64,000 bases of DNA from Candidatus Sumerlaeia bacterium (GTDB taxonomy: Bacteria; Sumerlaeota; Sumerlaeia; SLMS01; JANRJK01). Location: positions 64,001 through 128,000 of the forward strand of contig JANRJK010000014.1 of the NCBI GenBank assembly GCA_033764015.1, in the 5' to 3' direction. Below the pieces are notes generated by a model. That model did not search any database. It saw only the letters and a list, made by a program, of their open reading frames with translations, and was not told where the DNA came from. Positions 46,868-56,206 of the stretch are shown here, in pieces. The position numbers and the translations under genes are program-made. Position 1 is the stretch's first letter. Every line of letters begins with the position of its first letter.

Positions 46868-48433
46868 TTAGCGTCCGACGGATCGGACAAGCGCGGGGGC
46901 GGCGATACCGCCACCGGGCGCGCTGCGCGCGGCGAAGACGGCGTCCACCTCGGCGGTGGAAAGCGACAGATCGAGCGCGCGGACCGGCACGGCGGAGACG
47001 TTTTCCGCCCCCATGCCCGGCCCGAGACGCGTGATGGTGACCTCGGTGCTACCGGCGGGTCCCGGCCCTACAACGGACACGGACGCGTAACCGAACGCGA
47101 CGACGCGGGGGATGTTAAGAGTGGCGGCGGTCTGGATGAAAAGCGGGAAGTACTGCTCGCCCGGATCAAGCGCCAGATAGCCTGGGGTGAGGGCGGCGGT
47201 GACCACCTCGTCGCCGATGACGACCGGCTCGTGGGTAGTCACGAGCGAGCCGATGCCATGCGCGGCGGCGGCCGTGCCGTTGACACCACGCGTGACGACC
47301 AGGCGAGGCGGTCCGGCTAGCACTCCGGTCACCCGCATCAACTCGTCATTGACTCGGACAACGCGTCCGGCCGGCGGAACCGGCAGAACAAACGCTGTGG
47401 ATGACACGGTAAGCGTGCCATCCCCGGCGCCCGCCGCCACCGTGGACTCGCCGCGCCGCGACAGGAAGGCGGCTGTGGTGCCGGCGGCACCCGGGGGCGC
47501 GCCCGTTGTCACGCTGCCAGTGGTGCGCACGTAAAGCGTCTGCGGCACCCCGACCGCCACGGAGTTCCACCAGCCGACCCGAATTGAAAACGGAGCCGTG
47601 CCGGTGACGGCGGGGCCGCCGTTGGCGAGCGCGCTCGGGATGTACGGACCAGCGGAAATCGCAGGTTGCTCGTCAGCGATCGCCGTCGCGCGCACCGAGA
47701 GCCCGTGGACGCGGGGCTGGTACGGCGAACCGCCATCGTTCCAGGCGGTCGTGGCGCGCCCGAAGAGCATCGGCAGTCCGGGCGCGGAGGTGGAGATGAA
47801 GGGCTCGTTCTCGAAACCAAGTCCGAGGAAATCGGTGACGCGCCGCACGCGGACAAGGAACGACGGGGCGTCCGGCACCGCGGCGAGGTTCGGCAGGAAG
47901 TCGTCGCGGAGATAGGGGTTGGGGAAGTTCACCCCTTCCTCGTGGCTCGCCGAGGCGATGTAGGTGCCCGACAGCATGTCGCCGTGCGGAAGGTTCGGCG
48001 GATCGCCGGTCGGCGTGACGCCGTCCTGCGTGCCGTCGTTCCGCGCGAGGTCCGGGTCGTAGAAGCTGATGGGGGTGATGATGGATTGACCGGCGAAGTT
48101 GGGGCCGACGCCCGGGGTGAAACTGATCTCGGGGCCCGCAGAGACGTTCGTCGGGTCGACGGCGAGGGAGAGGTCGTCGTCGAAGACCTGCCGTACCGCT
48201 GTGCGGACCGCCTCGCGCTGGTCGTTGCCGCTATCGCGTTCGCGAAGCCCGGTGATGGCGCCGTGGTCCGCCGCGCTTTGAAGGCGCGCCTGGACGCCGC
48301 GGATCATGCCGAGGTCGATCATCAGCGCGAGCATCGCGAACAGGATCGGGATCAGCACCACGAACAGCAGGAGGATCGACCCTTGGCGGGGCGCACTCCT
48401 AGCGATCAAGATGGTGCTCTGGCGACGGCTCAC
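46868..48433 (-). CDS. TadG-like pilus-associated protein
   Basis: RQG followed by a TM, then IDLG...LQSAAD.GA..G. Confidence 0.8.
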   Translation of the reverse strand: MSRRQSTILIARSAPRQGSILLLFVVLIPILFAMLALMIDLGMIRGVQARLQSAADHGAITGLRERDSGNDQREAVRTAVRQVFDDDLSLAVDPTNVSAGPEISFTPGVGPNFAGQSIITPISFYDPDLARNDGTQDGVTPTGDPPNLPHGDMLSGTYIASASHEEGVNFPNPYLRDDFLPNLAAVPDAPSFLVRVRRVTDFLGLGFENEPFISTSAPGLPMLFGRATTAWNDGGSPYQPRVHGLSVRATAIADEQPAISAGPYIPSALANGGPAVTGTAPFSIRVGWWNSVAVGVPQTLYVRTTGSVTTGAPPGAAGTTAAFLSRRGESTVAAGAGDGTLTVSSTAFVLPVPPAGRVVRVNDELMRVTGVLAGPPRLVVTRGVNGTAAAAHGIGSLVTTHEPVVIGDEVVTAALTPGYLALDPGEQYFPLFIQTAATLNIPRVVAFGYASVSVVGPGPAGSTEVTITRLGPGMGAENVSAVPVRALDLSLSTAEVDAVFAARSAPGGGIAAPALVRSVGR

Positions 48434-48593
48434 GGGGGGTCTCGTTTCGTGCGTACGGCGTCAAGCGGTGCTGCGGACAGCGTTGGAAGTTGGGTGCGGG
48501 AACAGTGAGGGGCACCGGGATCAGGTCTCTCGGTGCCCCCCTTCAAGCGCGTGTTATCCGCCCGGCAGGCGCGGGGAGTTGCGCCCTATCCGG

Positions 48594-49610
48594 TCAGCTC
48601 CCGCCCTGGAAGACGATACGCTGCTTGCGGGTTCCGACCACCGTCTCGATCATCGTCGAGGGCGTCTCCACGACAGCGGCCTGGTCGGGCTCGGGCTCCT
48701 TCGCGGCCTCCGAGTTGATCGGCACCAGTTCACCCGTGGCGGTGACTTCCTGGTCCTCGCCGGGGAGCTCGATCGGACGGATGAAGATGTCGTTCTCGGG
48801 CGCGCCGGGGAGCGTCGACCGGGCGAAGGCTGTCATCAGGTCGTTGCTGGCGAAGGCCTCGTTCACGGCCGCGGCGTCGTTCGGGTCGATCGCGAGGGTG
48901 ATCTCGTAGTTGCGCTTGTTGACGAAGCGCTTGTTGGTGCCGACGAGGCCGGAGGCGGTCTCCACCTGCTCGTTGCGGATGGTGACGGGGCGGATGACGA
49001 TCGCGTTCTTCGCCACGACGCGGGAAACGGTGCCGCCGCCGTAGGAGGAGAGGACGCCCGCGGCCGCGAGGTCTTCAGCGCGGCCCTTGCTGAGCATCGC
49101 CACGCCGAAGCGGCTGGTCGCGAGGAGGTCGATGCGGTCGTTCGCGTTCAACGAGTAGGCGCCCTTGATGCGGGAGGCGTCGATCGTCACCGCGCGGTAG
49201 CCCGGGGGAACCGCCGCGCCGATGCCTTCCGTGGTGCCCTGGGGCGTGAAGTCGTCCTCGGTGAAGGCGTAGCCGGCCTGCTTGTCGCGCTTGAGAACGC
49301 GGCCAAGGATCTGGCGCGGGTCCACGATGGGGGGATCGTCCGTGCCGTTGACGCTCACGGCGACGAGGCGCGGCTGCATGGTGCGGGGGTCGACGATGTG
49401 GTCGCGGGTCACCTTCGTGAAGGCCGAGATGTTGGACACCGAAAGCGGGACGAGCTGCTTCCCGGGAGGCGCCTCCATCTTGCCGTTCTGCTGGGTCTTG
49501 TTGCCGTTCGAGACGCCGGGCAGCGTCACGATGCCGGCGAGCGACAACCCCAACACCGTCAACACGACGGTGATGATGATCAGCGCGATCAACATGGGGA
49601 TCATTTTCAT
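48594..49610 (-). CDS. CpaB/RcpC-like SAF-domain protein
   Basis: N-terminal TM, ILGRVLK..K..G and VPPGYRAVTI...DRIDLL. Confidence 0.8.
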   Translation of the reverse strand: MKMIPMLIALIIITVVLTVLGLSLAGIVTLPGVSNGNKTQQNGKMEAPPGKQLVPLSVSNISAFTKVTRDHIVDPRTMQPRLVAVSVNGTDDPPIVDPRQILGRVLKRDKQAGYAFTEDDFTPQGTTEGIGAAVPPGYRAVTIDASRIKGAYSLNANDRIDLLATSRFGVAMLSKGRAEDLAAAGVLSSYGGGTVSRVVAKNAIVIRPVTIRNEQVETASGLVGTNKRFVNKRNYEITLAIDPNDAAAVNEAFASNDLMTAFARSTLPGAPENDIFIRPIELPGEDQEVTATGELVPINSEAAKEPEPDQAAVVETPSTMIETVVGTRKQRIVFQGGS

Positions 49611-49644
49611 GGGCGGGGGCCTCTTCTGAAGATCGCCGAAGCGC

Positions 49645-50529
49645 TTACTGGAAGACTTCGCGACGGTAAATTGCTTGGGACGTGATGAGCTTGCGGTACG
49701 GGCGGACCGTGCCCGCAAGCGGATTGTGCTGCCTACCGAGACCGTACACGCCCGCATACGGTCCCGGCAGCCCGGGGGAAACCGGGTCCACCGGCGTCCC
49801 GGTCGCGGGCGAGTTGAGCGCCGTCACCGACGCATCGTCCGCGATGTTGGGATAGCCATAGGTGCCCTTGAGGGTGCCACCGGGGGTATCCCGGAAGCCG
49901 CCCATCTCGGGGGCTTGGATCGGGAGGTGGAGACGGAGCGCCACGAGCCCGCCCTCCGGCGAGTTCACCGGGAACGGGTCCGTACCGATCTCCTCGATCA
50001 CCTGCACCCACTCGACGGTCTCGATCCCAGTGGAGGGATCGCGGGCCACAACCGTCGGAATTTCAACCTTGTAGCCGCTGTTATAGGCCACCACCGGGTC
50101 CAACGCCTGACGCTCGATCAGCGCTCCCGGGTACCGGAAGAGGACCTGTCCGCCAACCTCTTGCAGGAACATCACCGGATAAAGGGCTCGGTTGACAGGA
50201 GGCACCGGCGGGGTCAGCGAGTCGAGGTAGTCGTAGAGGGACCCCTGCGGCGGCGGCGCCGTGTACCAGGACGTGACGTCGATCGCTAGGTACTCGTCGC
50301 TGTAGACGCGGAGCTTGAACTCGGACGAGGCGTCGTCCCGGGCCTGCTCGAAGGTCCACGTGGCCGGGAGGGCGGTGCGGGAGAGTTCGCGGGCTGCCAG
50401 GTCGATGGCGCTCTGGGCGGCCTGCGCGGAGTACATCGTGCGGCCGAAGGTCATCATGCTCGCGATGATCATGTAGAGGATCAGCGAGACGACGCAGAAC
50501 TCGAAAAGGATGCCGCCGCGGGAGCTCAC
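49645..50529 (-). CDS. TadE-like pseudopilin with large C-terminal domain
   Basis: RGG-ILFEF class III signal, TM, FGR and AAREL. GTGA overlap with the peptidase stop. Confidence 0.75.
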   Translation of the reverse strand: MSSRGGILFEFCVVSLILYMIIASMMTFGRTMYSAQAAQSAIDLAARELSRTALPATWTFEQARDDASSEFKLRVYSDEYLAIDVTSWYTAPPPQGSLYDYLDSLTPPVPPVNRALYPVMFLQEVGGQVLFRYPGALIERQALDPVVAYNSGYKVEIPTVVARDPSTGIETVEWVQVIEEIGTDPFPVNSPEGGLVALRLHLPIQAPEMGGFRDTPGGTLKGTYGYPNIADDASVTALNSPATGTPVDPVSPGLPGPYAGVYGLGRQHNPLAGTVRPYRKLITSQAIYRREVFQ

Positions 50530-50963
50530 CGAGCGGAATGCAGCGCTCCGTGGCGCAGGAACAGCACGCTGGCGAAGGCGAGCGCGATCGCCGGACCGTA
50601 AGGCGCTTCCTTCTTGCCGCGGGCCAACTGAATCCCCCCCGTGGCGCCCATCCACAGCGCGCAGAAAATCAGAAAGGGGATTGTCAGGGGATAGCCGAGG
50701 ACGGCGCCCAAGGCTGCCATCAGCTTGGCGTCCCCGCCCCCGAACTTCAGGGCGTAGAACAAAAGCAGGCCCGCAACAGTTCCCAGCGCTCCTCCAAGCA
50801 AGGCTCCCCGCAGCGTGAGCTGTGGGACCCAGTGGAAAGCGCTCGCAACGAGCGCGGTGCCGAACAGGACGATCGAGATCCAGTCGGGAATCTCGCGGCG
50901 CCTCAGATCGGTGATGCAGGCGATGATCAGGAGCGGGAGCGCAAGCCATTCCAGAATGTTCAC
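50526..50963 (-). CDS. A24 prepilin peptidase CpaA/TadV
   Basis: TDLRRREIPD, GGGDAKL and PYGPAI. Confidence 0.92.
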   Translation of the reverse strand: MNILEWLALPLLIIACITDLRRREIPDWISIVLFGTALVASAFHWVPQLTLRGALLGGALGTVAGLLLFYALKFGGGDAKLMAALGAVLGYPLTIPFLIFCALWMGATGGIQLARGKKEAPYGPAIALAFASVLFLRHGALHSAR

Positions 50964-51003
50964 GATGTTGGGGATGAGCGGGACCTTGTGCGTTGGTAAG
51001 GGA

Positions 51004-51034
51004 CCGTCCCCCGCCCACGAGGAGCGGGGGACGG
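51004..51034. terminator. Hairpin downstream of the pilin genes
   Basis: ccgtcccccgc-N9-gcgggggacgg. Confidence 0.5.
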
Positions 51035-51072
51035 GCCGTACAACCGAACGCCGCCGAGGCGGCGCGACGGGC

Positions 51073-51435
51073 TTAGAAGTTCTCGAAAACGAGAGCTTCC
51101 CAGGCCACCGTCCACTCGTTGTTCGTGATGTTCACGTCGAGGCGGTAGGTCGGGGTGGCATCGTTGATGGCGGTCGAGATCGCACCGATGTTCAGGTTGA
51201 TGCCCGTGCCGTCGATCGGATCGGGGACCGAGAGCTCGATGAGCTCGCCGACGTAGACCGGCTGGTCGTAGATCGGCTCAGAGCCGGGGATAATGGCCGC
51301 GGCGGTGGCGAACAGGTCGCCAACGTTGTGACCGAACACCGAGAGAGCGCCGAGCGAAACGATCGCGACGCCCATGACGATGAGACCGTACTCTGCGAGG
51401 CCCTGGCCCTTCTTGTTGAGCAGGAGGTTACGCAT
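51073..51435 (-). CDS. Flp family type IVb/c pilin (long form, 120 aa)
   Basis: KKG|QGLAEY motif followed by a hydrophobic helix. RBS GAGGAG. Confidence 0.88.
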   Translation of the reverse strand: MRNLLLNKKGQGLAEYGLIVMGVAIVSLGALSVFGHNVGDLFATAAAIIPGSEPIYDQPVYVGELIELSVPDPIDGTGINLNIGAISTAINDATPTYRLDVNITNNEWTVAWEALVFENF

Positions 51436-51556
51436 TGCCGGAGTCTCCTCTTTCCTGGAGAATTCGACCACACAGCTAGGGTGGGGTCGTGCTTGAAGCC
51501 AAGCGTTGCACTACACCCCTGGGGACTGCTTCCGCCCGGGGCCGGCGGTTTCCGCG

Positions 51557-51919
51557 CTAGTACCGCTCCACGACGAGGCTTTCCCACGCCACACCGAACT
51601 CGCCCTGGCTGATGTTCTGGTCAAGGCGGTAGATGGGGGAGGGATCCGCGTTGTTCGCGGCTAGCGTTGAAACATCGACGCTGACGCCGGACCCGTCGAT
51701 CGGGTTCGGGACGTCCAGCTCGACCAGGTTCCCGACGTAGACGGGCTGGTCGTAAATCGGTTCGGAGCCGGGAAGGATGGCGGAGGTGGTTGCGAAGATG
51801 TCGCCGATGTTGTGACCGTACATCGAGAGGGCGCCAATACCCGCAATCGCAACGGCGAGAAGAATCACGCCGTATTCCACCATTCCTTGGCCTTTCCTGT
51901 CACGCAGCACAGAGCGCAT
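51557..51919 (-). CDS. Flp family type IVb/c pilin (long form, 120 aa)
   Basis: RKG|QGMVEY motif and RBS AAGGAG. Paralog of 51073..51435. Confidence 0.88.
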   Translation of the reverse strand: MRSVLRDRKGQGMVEYGVILLAVAIAGIGALSMYGHNIGDIFATTSAILPGSEPIYDQPVYVGNLVELDVPNPIDGSGVSVDVSTLAANNADPSPIYRLDQNISQGEFGVAWESLVVERY

Positions 51920-52131
51920 GTTCAGGGTCCAGCTCCTTCAGCGTTTGCCGTCGGCCGCCATTGGTGGGCGCCTGGTCCGGCGTTTCAGTGCGTGTACGTC
52001 GTGTACCGAGCCTTCAAGCGGACGGGGGGTCAAACGTTTTTCGACGGCCCCGCCGTTTTTTCGGCCCGGGATCGGTCGCGATCCCCGCCCTGCGTGGTTG
52101 GTACGCTCCACGATCATGGGGGGGCGCAAGC

Positions 52132-53541
52132 TTAATCGACCGCACCCCCGCGCGCCGGAGAGGGGAAAACCCGCTCCAAGGCGGGGCTGCAAGTAAGGGC
52201 GAGCAGCGCCAGGAACTGGAATCCCACGAGGGGAATCCGCAGGTGGAAGTCGGTCGCGGCGTGCGCCAGCGTGATCGCGCAGCCGGCCGCCGCGGCGCGC
52301 CGGATCATTTGTTCGCGAATGGACCAACGCACGCTCCAGTCGCGCCGCGCCTCGATCCACGCCGCGAACCAACGCAGCGCGAGGAGCGCGAGCAGCGCGC
52401 AGACCGGCACGCCGAGTTCGCCCAGCCACTGCACCCAGTCGTTGTGCGTGAAGACCGCGGTGGTCGCGGTGGGAACGGTGGCGAAGCGGTTGAGCGCGTG
52501 CTCGGCGCCTCCGATGCCCATGCCCCCGTAGTTCGTGGCGCGGAGGCCGCGCAACGTCGCGAACCACATGTCCACGCGGTCGATGCGCTCGATGCCTTCC
52601 AGTTCGCGGAACCGGGAAGCGTACCGGTCGGCGAGGGAGGCGGCGCCGGTGAGCAGGAGCAGCAGCGCGGCGGCCGCGAGCGCGGCGTGGGACCCCTGCG
52701 GCGCGCCTGCCCCGCGCCCGCGCTGCCAGAGGGCGCGTTCCCGGAGCGCCCATGCGATGAGCACTCCGCCGCCGAGGACGAGGGAGCTGCGGGAGAAGGC
52801 CGCGAGCCAGCCGACGAGCGCGGCGAGGATCAGCGCGGCGAGTGCGAGGACGGGGGGCCCCGGCGCGTTGGAGGTGGAGCGCCGGTGCCACTGGGCGCAG
52901 ACGGCCAGCGCGAGGGGGATGCCCATGACGGCGAGCGCCGCGTGGTGGTTCGGGTTGAAGAGGGCGCCGCGGGCGCGCTCGGCGCCGCGCAGGGCGTAGC
53001 TGCCGAGGCCGAGGACGCCTTCCAGCAGCGAGGCGCACACGACGACCGCGAGCAGCCGGGCCGCGACGGTGCGCCGCGTGAGCATCGGCGCGATGCCGAG
53101 GACGAAGAGCGCGGAGGCGGCGAGCTGGTGCCAGCCAAGCGCGGCGCGTCCCGGGGCGAGGGCCCAGGGCAGCGAATCCGGGGGCGCGAGGCCGGCGTCC
53201 TGGAACGCTGCGAGCGCCTCGCGCCAAAGCGGGTTGGCGCTGGCGAGCCCCAAGGGAAGGGGCGCGAGTTGGAGCGAGGCGAGCGCTGCGGCGGCGAGGA
53301 AGAAGCGCGCCAGCCAGCGGAGCGGCGCGGCGTCGTCGCCGTCGAGGCGCCCGCAGGCCCAGCCCCAGGCGCCCCAGGCGCCGAGCAGCGCGCAAAGCGC
53401 CCAGGCGGCGCCGCGCGCCAGGCCGTAGCCGGCGAGGCCCCAGTTGAGGAATCCGAGCGCGTGGATGGCGACCACGGCGGCGAGGGCCGCGGCGTCGCCG
53501 GCGCGCACCCAGCGGGGCGCGGGAGGCGCGGCGGGCGTCAC
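52132..53541 (-). CDS. O-antigen ligase/Wzy_C family protein
   Basis: Many TM segments. GALFNPNHHA, SRS, GMGIG and HNDWVQWLGELG. Confidence 0.88.
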   Translation of the reverse strand: MTPAAPPAPRWVRAGDAAALAAVVAIHALGFLNWGLAGYGLARGAAWALCALLGAWGAWGWACGRLDGDDAAPLRWLARFFLAAAALASLQLAPLPLGLASANPLWREALAAFQDAGLAPPDSLPWALAPGRAALGWHQLAASALFVLGIAPMLTRRTVAARLLAVVVCASLLEGVLGLGSYALRGAERARGALFNPNHHAALAVMGIPLALAVCAQWHRRSTSNAPGPPVLALAALILAALVGWLAAFSRSSLVLGGGVLIAWALRERALWQRGRGAGAPQGSHAALAAAALLLLLTGAASLADRYASRFRELEGIERIDRVDMWFATLRGLRATNYGGMGIGGAEHALNRFATVPTATTAVFTHNDWVQWLGELGVPVCALLALLALRWFAAWIEARRDWSVRWSIREQMIRRAAAAGCAITLAHAATDFHLRIPLVGFQFLALLALTCSPALERVFPSPARGGAVD

Positions 53542-54839
53542 GGCGCGGCCTCCCGGATCCGCTCCGCGCGCAGGTTCCCGACCTCGACGACGGCGCCGCC
53601 GAGGGCGTCCCGCGTGTCGGCGGGAACGCGCTCGACCTGCAGGTCGACCACGCGGTCGCGGTCCTCCGCCGGCAGGAGAACCGAAAGCTCCTGCCACTCC
53701 CCCGCAGGCGTGGTTTCGGTGCCGTCGCGGCGGCTCCGCCCTTCGCGCAGGAGGAGGCGCACGCGGGAACTGCCCGGGGGCTCGAGGCGCACGGAGAGGC
53801 GGAATGCGGCCGTTTCGCCGGCGGGAACGGGTAGCCGGTAGAAGCGCCAGCCGAAGGCGCGGGGTGCGTCCTCGCCCCAATCGGTGAAGCGGAGCGAGAG
53901 CGTGCCGTAGGGACGCGCGCTGTTCGGGGGCGAGTACGCATCGGCGCGGAGGCGGTTGCGCGGGCCGGGGTGCTGCCAACCGAGCGGCCACGGGTCGGCG
54001 AGCGCGAACTGGTCGAGGCGCGGCGCGTCGAGCGCGAGCGAATCGGTGGTCGCGGGGTCGGAGGGGCGCCAGAGGCGGTCGATCCAGCCGGCCAGCGGTG
54101 GATCGAGCGCGACCTCGAGCGCCCGGCGCCGGAACTCGGCGTCGGCGAGGCGCGCCGCGGGCACGAGGTCGAGGAGGCGGGCGTTCTCCGCGGCGTTGCG
54201 GGAGTCGAGCGCCTTGAGGAAGTCGCCGAGTTCGGCGCCTTCGAGGGCTTCGCCGCCGAGCTGGTGCCAAGTGACTTCCGGGGGAAGGCCCGAGCGTGTG
54301 AGCTCGCGCGCCGCCTCGTTCCGCCTGCGGGGGCCGAAGGCGGCGAGCTGGCGGGCGGTCTGGTAGGCGCGCCCGGTTTCGCCGAGCAGCACCCAGAGCT
54401 GGACCGCTTCGAGGCGCTGCGCGGGGAAGTTGGGATCGAGTTCGTCGGAGCGCAGCAGCGAGATCCGCGCGTCGGTCCGGCGGCCCTGCGCGATCCGCAG
54501 GCGGGCGTGCTGCATCCACAGGCCGGCGCGGAGCGGGTCGAGGCGCAGGGCCTCCTCGATGAACCGGGCGGCTTCGTCGTTCCGGGGTGGGAAGAAGCCC
54601 TCCTCGGCGGCGCGGGCGAGCTCGCGGGAGGCGCCGTGCGTGCGTGGCGGGTCCGGGAAGGCGAGGATGGCGGCCTCCGTTCCCGCGCGGACCACATCGG
54701 CCCAGCGGTCGGCGGCGTCGCCCTCGGCGATGCGCGCGGCGCCCCAGGCGAGGGCCGCGGCGGTGAGGGCCGCCGCGGCGGTGGCGGCGGCGGGGCGTGG
54801 CGCGCGGTACCGGTGCGCGTCCGGTTGGGTGCCGCTCAT
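53538..54839 (-). CDS. TPR-containing membrane-anchored protein
   Basis: N-terminal TM, ALRLDP and ELDP TPR turns, and a C-terminal beta domain. Confidence 0.65.
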   Translation of the reverse strand: MSGTQPDAHRYRAPRPAAATAAAALTAAALAWGAARIAEGDAADRWADVVRAGTEAAILAFPDPPRTHGASRELARAAEEGFFPPRNDEAARFIEEALRLDPLRAGLWMQHARLRIAQGRRTDARISLLRSDELDPNFPAQRLEAVQLWVLLGETGRAYQTARQLAAFGPRRRNEAARELTRSGLPPEVTWHQLGGEALEGAELGDFLKALDSRNAAENARLLDLVPAARLADAEFRRRALEVALDPPLAGWIDRLWRPSDPATTDSLALDAPRLDQFALADPWPLGWQHPGPRNRLRADAYSPPNSARPYGTLSLRFTDWGEDAPRAFGWRFYRLPVPAGETAAFRLSVRLEPPGSSRVRLLLREGRSRRDGTETTPAGEWQELSVLLPAEDRDRVVDLQVERVPADTRDALGGAVVEVGNLRAERIREAAP

Positions 54840-56095
54840 GGGGGGTGGGCGGCGGCGGGTAGCGGATCCGCGGGGATGGGCGCCGTCGAGGGGGCCATGG
54901 ACTCGAACACGGCGCGGAGGCGCGCGGTGGCGAGGGGCCGGTGGAACTCCGCTTCGAAGCGCGCGCGGCCCCGGGCTCCCATGGCGGCGGCCTCCCCCGG
55001 GTCGTCGGCGAGGCGCTCCACGGCGCGCGCGAACGCCGCTCCGTCGGCCGGGTCCACGACGATGCCGCAACCCGAGTCGCGGAGCAGCCGCCCCACGGTG
55101 CCGGTGGCGCTGCCGACGAACAGGATCGGTCGGCCCGCGGCCATGACGCCGAACACCTTGCTGGGTAGCAGCAGCCCGTCGTAGCGGGGATCGAGCGTGA
55201 CGATGTGCGCGTCGGGCGCGGTGAGCGAGTCGCGAAGCTCGGCGCGGGGCTGGTAGGGCAGGAAGCGGACCCGGTCGCCCTCCGGCGCCAGGTCGCGGCG
55301 GAGGCCGTCGTAGCGCTTGCCGCCGCCGATGAAAGCGAAGGCGGCGTCGGGCCGGGCGCGCAGCAGGCGGATCCCTTCGACGACCGCGTCGAAGCAGTGG
55401 CAGGTGCCCGCGTTGCCGGAGTAGGCGGCGAGGAAGCGCGCGCGGGGGAACTCGCGGCGGCGGAAGGGGTTTCCCTGCAACGGCGCGGGGCGGATCTCCG
55501 CGCCGTCGGCCCAGCAGGGCACCACCTCGAAGCGCTCGCGGGAAACGCCGCGGCGGGCGAGCACTTCCGCCATGTCACCGCAGAGCGCGACGACCCGGTC
55601 GGCTCCGCGCAGCTCGGCGGTGGCGAGGGCGGACCACGCGCGCCCCGCGGCACTCCGCGGTGAGAAGAGCCCGGAACGGAAAACGATCTCGGGATAAACA
55701 TCCATCACCCAGAGGGCGTAGGGGACGCCGCGGAGCGCCCGGAGCCAGCGTCCGTGGACGCCGACCAGCGGCGGTGTGGTGAGGAAGATCGCCGCGTCGG
55801 GGCGCGGAACCCTCATCAGCGCGCCGGCCAGGGAGGCGTGGAAGGCGGTGTAGCCTAGGAGCCGGTCGCGGTAGCGCCCGCGACGGGAGCCGGTGCCGCC
55901 GACGCGTTGCACATGGACGCCGTGGAGGACTTCCTCGCCGGGAAGCGCACCGTCGGCGCCGTCGTAGCGGGCGCGGCCCGCGACGACATGGACCTCGTGC
56001 CCCGCGCGGACGAGGTCCTCGCAGGCGTCCGCCAGCACCTGCGCGGTGGCGGCGCAGTCGGGCGCGTAGTATTGGTTGACGAGCAGCAAGCGCAA
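54836..56095 (-). CDS. Glycosyltransferase family 4 (WbuB/WcaI-like)
   Basis: NQYYAPD, MDVYPE, YSGN.G and PSKVFGVMAAGRP. Confidence 0.92.
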   Translation of the reverse strand: MRLLLVNQYYAPDCAATAQVLADACEDLVRAGHEVHVVAGRARYDGADGALPGEEVLHGVHVQRVGGTGSRRGRYRDRLLGYTAFHASLAGALMRVPRPDAAIFLTTPPLVGVHGRWLRALRGVPYALWVMDVYPEIVFRSGLFSPRSAAGRAWSALATAELRGADRVVALCGDMAEVLARRGVSRERFEVVPCWADGAEIRPAPLQGNPFRRREFPRARFLAAYSGNAGTCHCFDAVVEGIRLLRARPDAAFAFIGGGKRYDGLRRDLAPEGDRVRFLPYQPRAELRDSLTAPDAHIVTLDPRYDGLLLPSKVFGVMAAGRPILFVGSATGTVGRLLRDSGCGIVVDPADGAAFARAVERLADDPGEAAAMGARGRARFEAEFHRPLATARLRAVFESMAPSTAPIPADPLPAAAHPP

Positions 56096-56206
56096 CGCGC
56101 CGGGCTCCCCTCCGCCGGGGCGCGCAACGCGCCGCCGGGGGGCGGTTTCGGATCGGACACGCCAAGGTGCCCGGAACGGCGCTGGCAGTAAAGGGGGGAG
56201 TTGCGT

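Noticed and set aside
51073..51590. Pilin termini (VAWEALVFENF, VAWESLVVERY) as further copies of the Trp tag
   Set aside because: The Trp-to-terminus spacing and the preceding residues differ, and the similarity between the two is explained by paralogy.
51920..52131. Possible c-di-GMP riboswitch upstream of the pilins
   Set aside because: GGCAAAC is present, but the rest of the GEMM consensus is not.
39480..52140. Tad cluster as an integrative mobile element
   Set aside because: No integrase, transposase, tRNA or flanking att repeats were seen.
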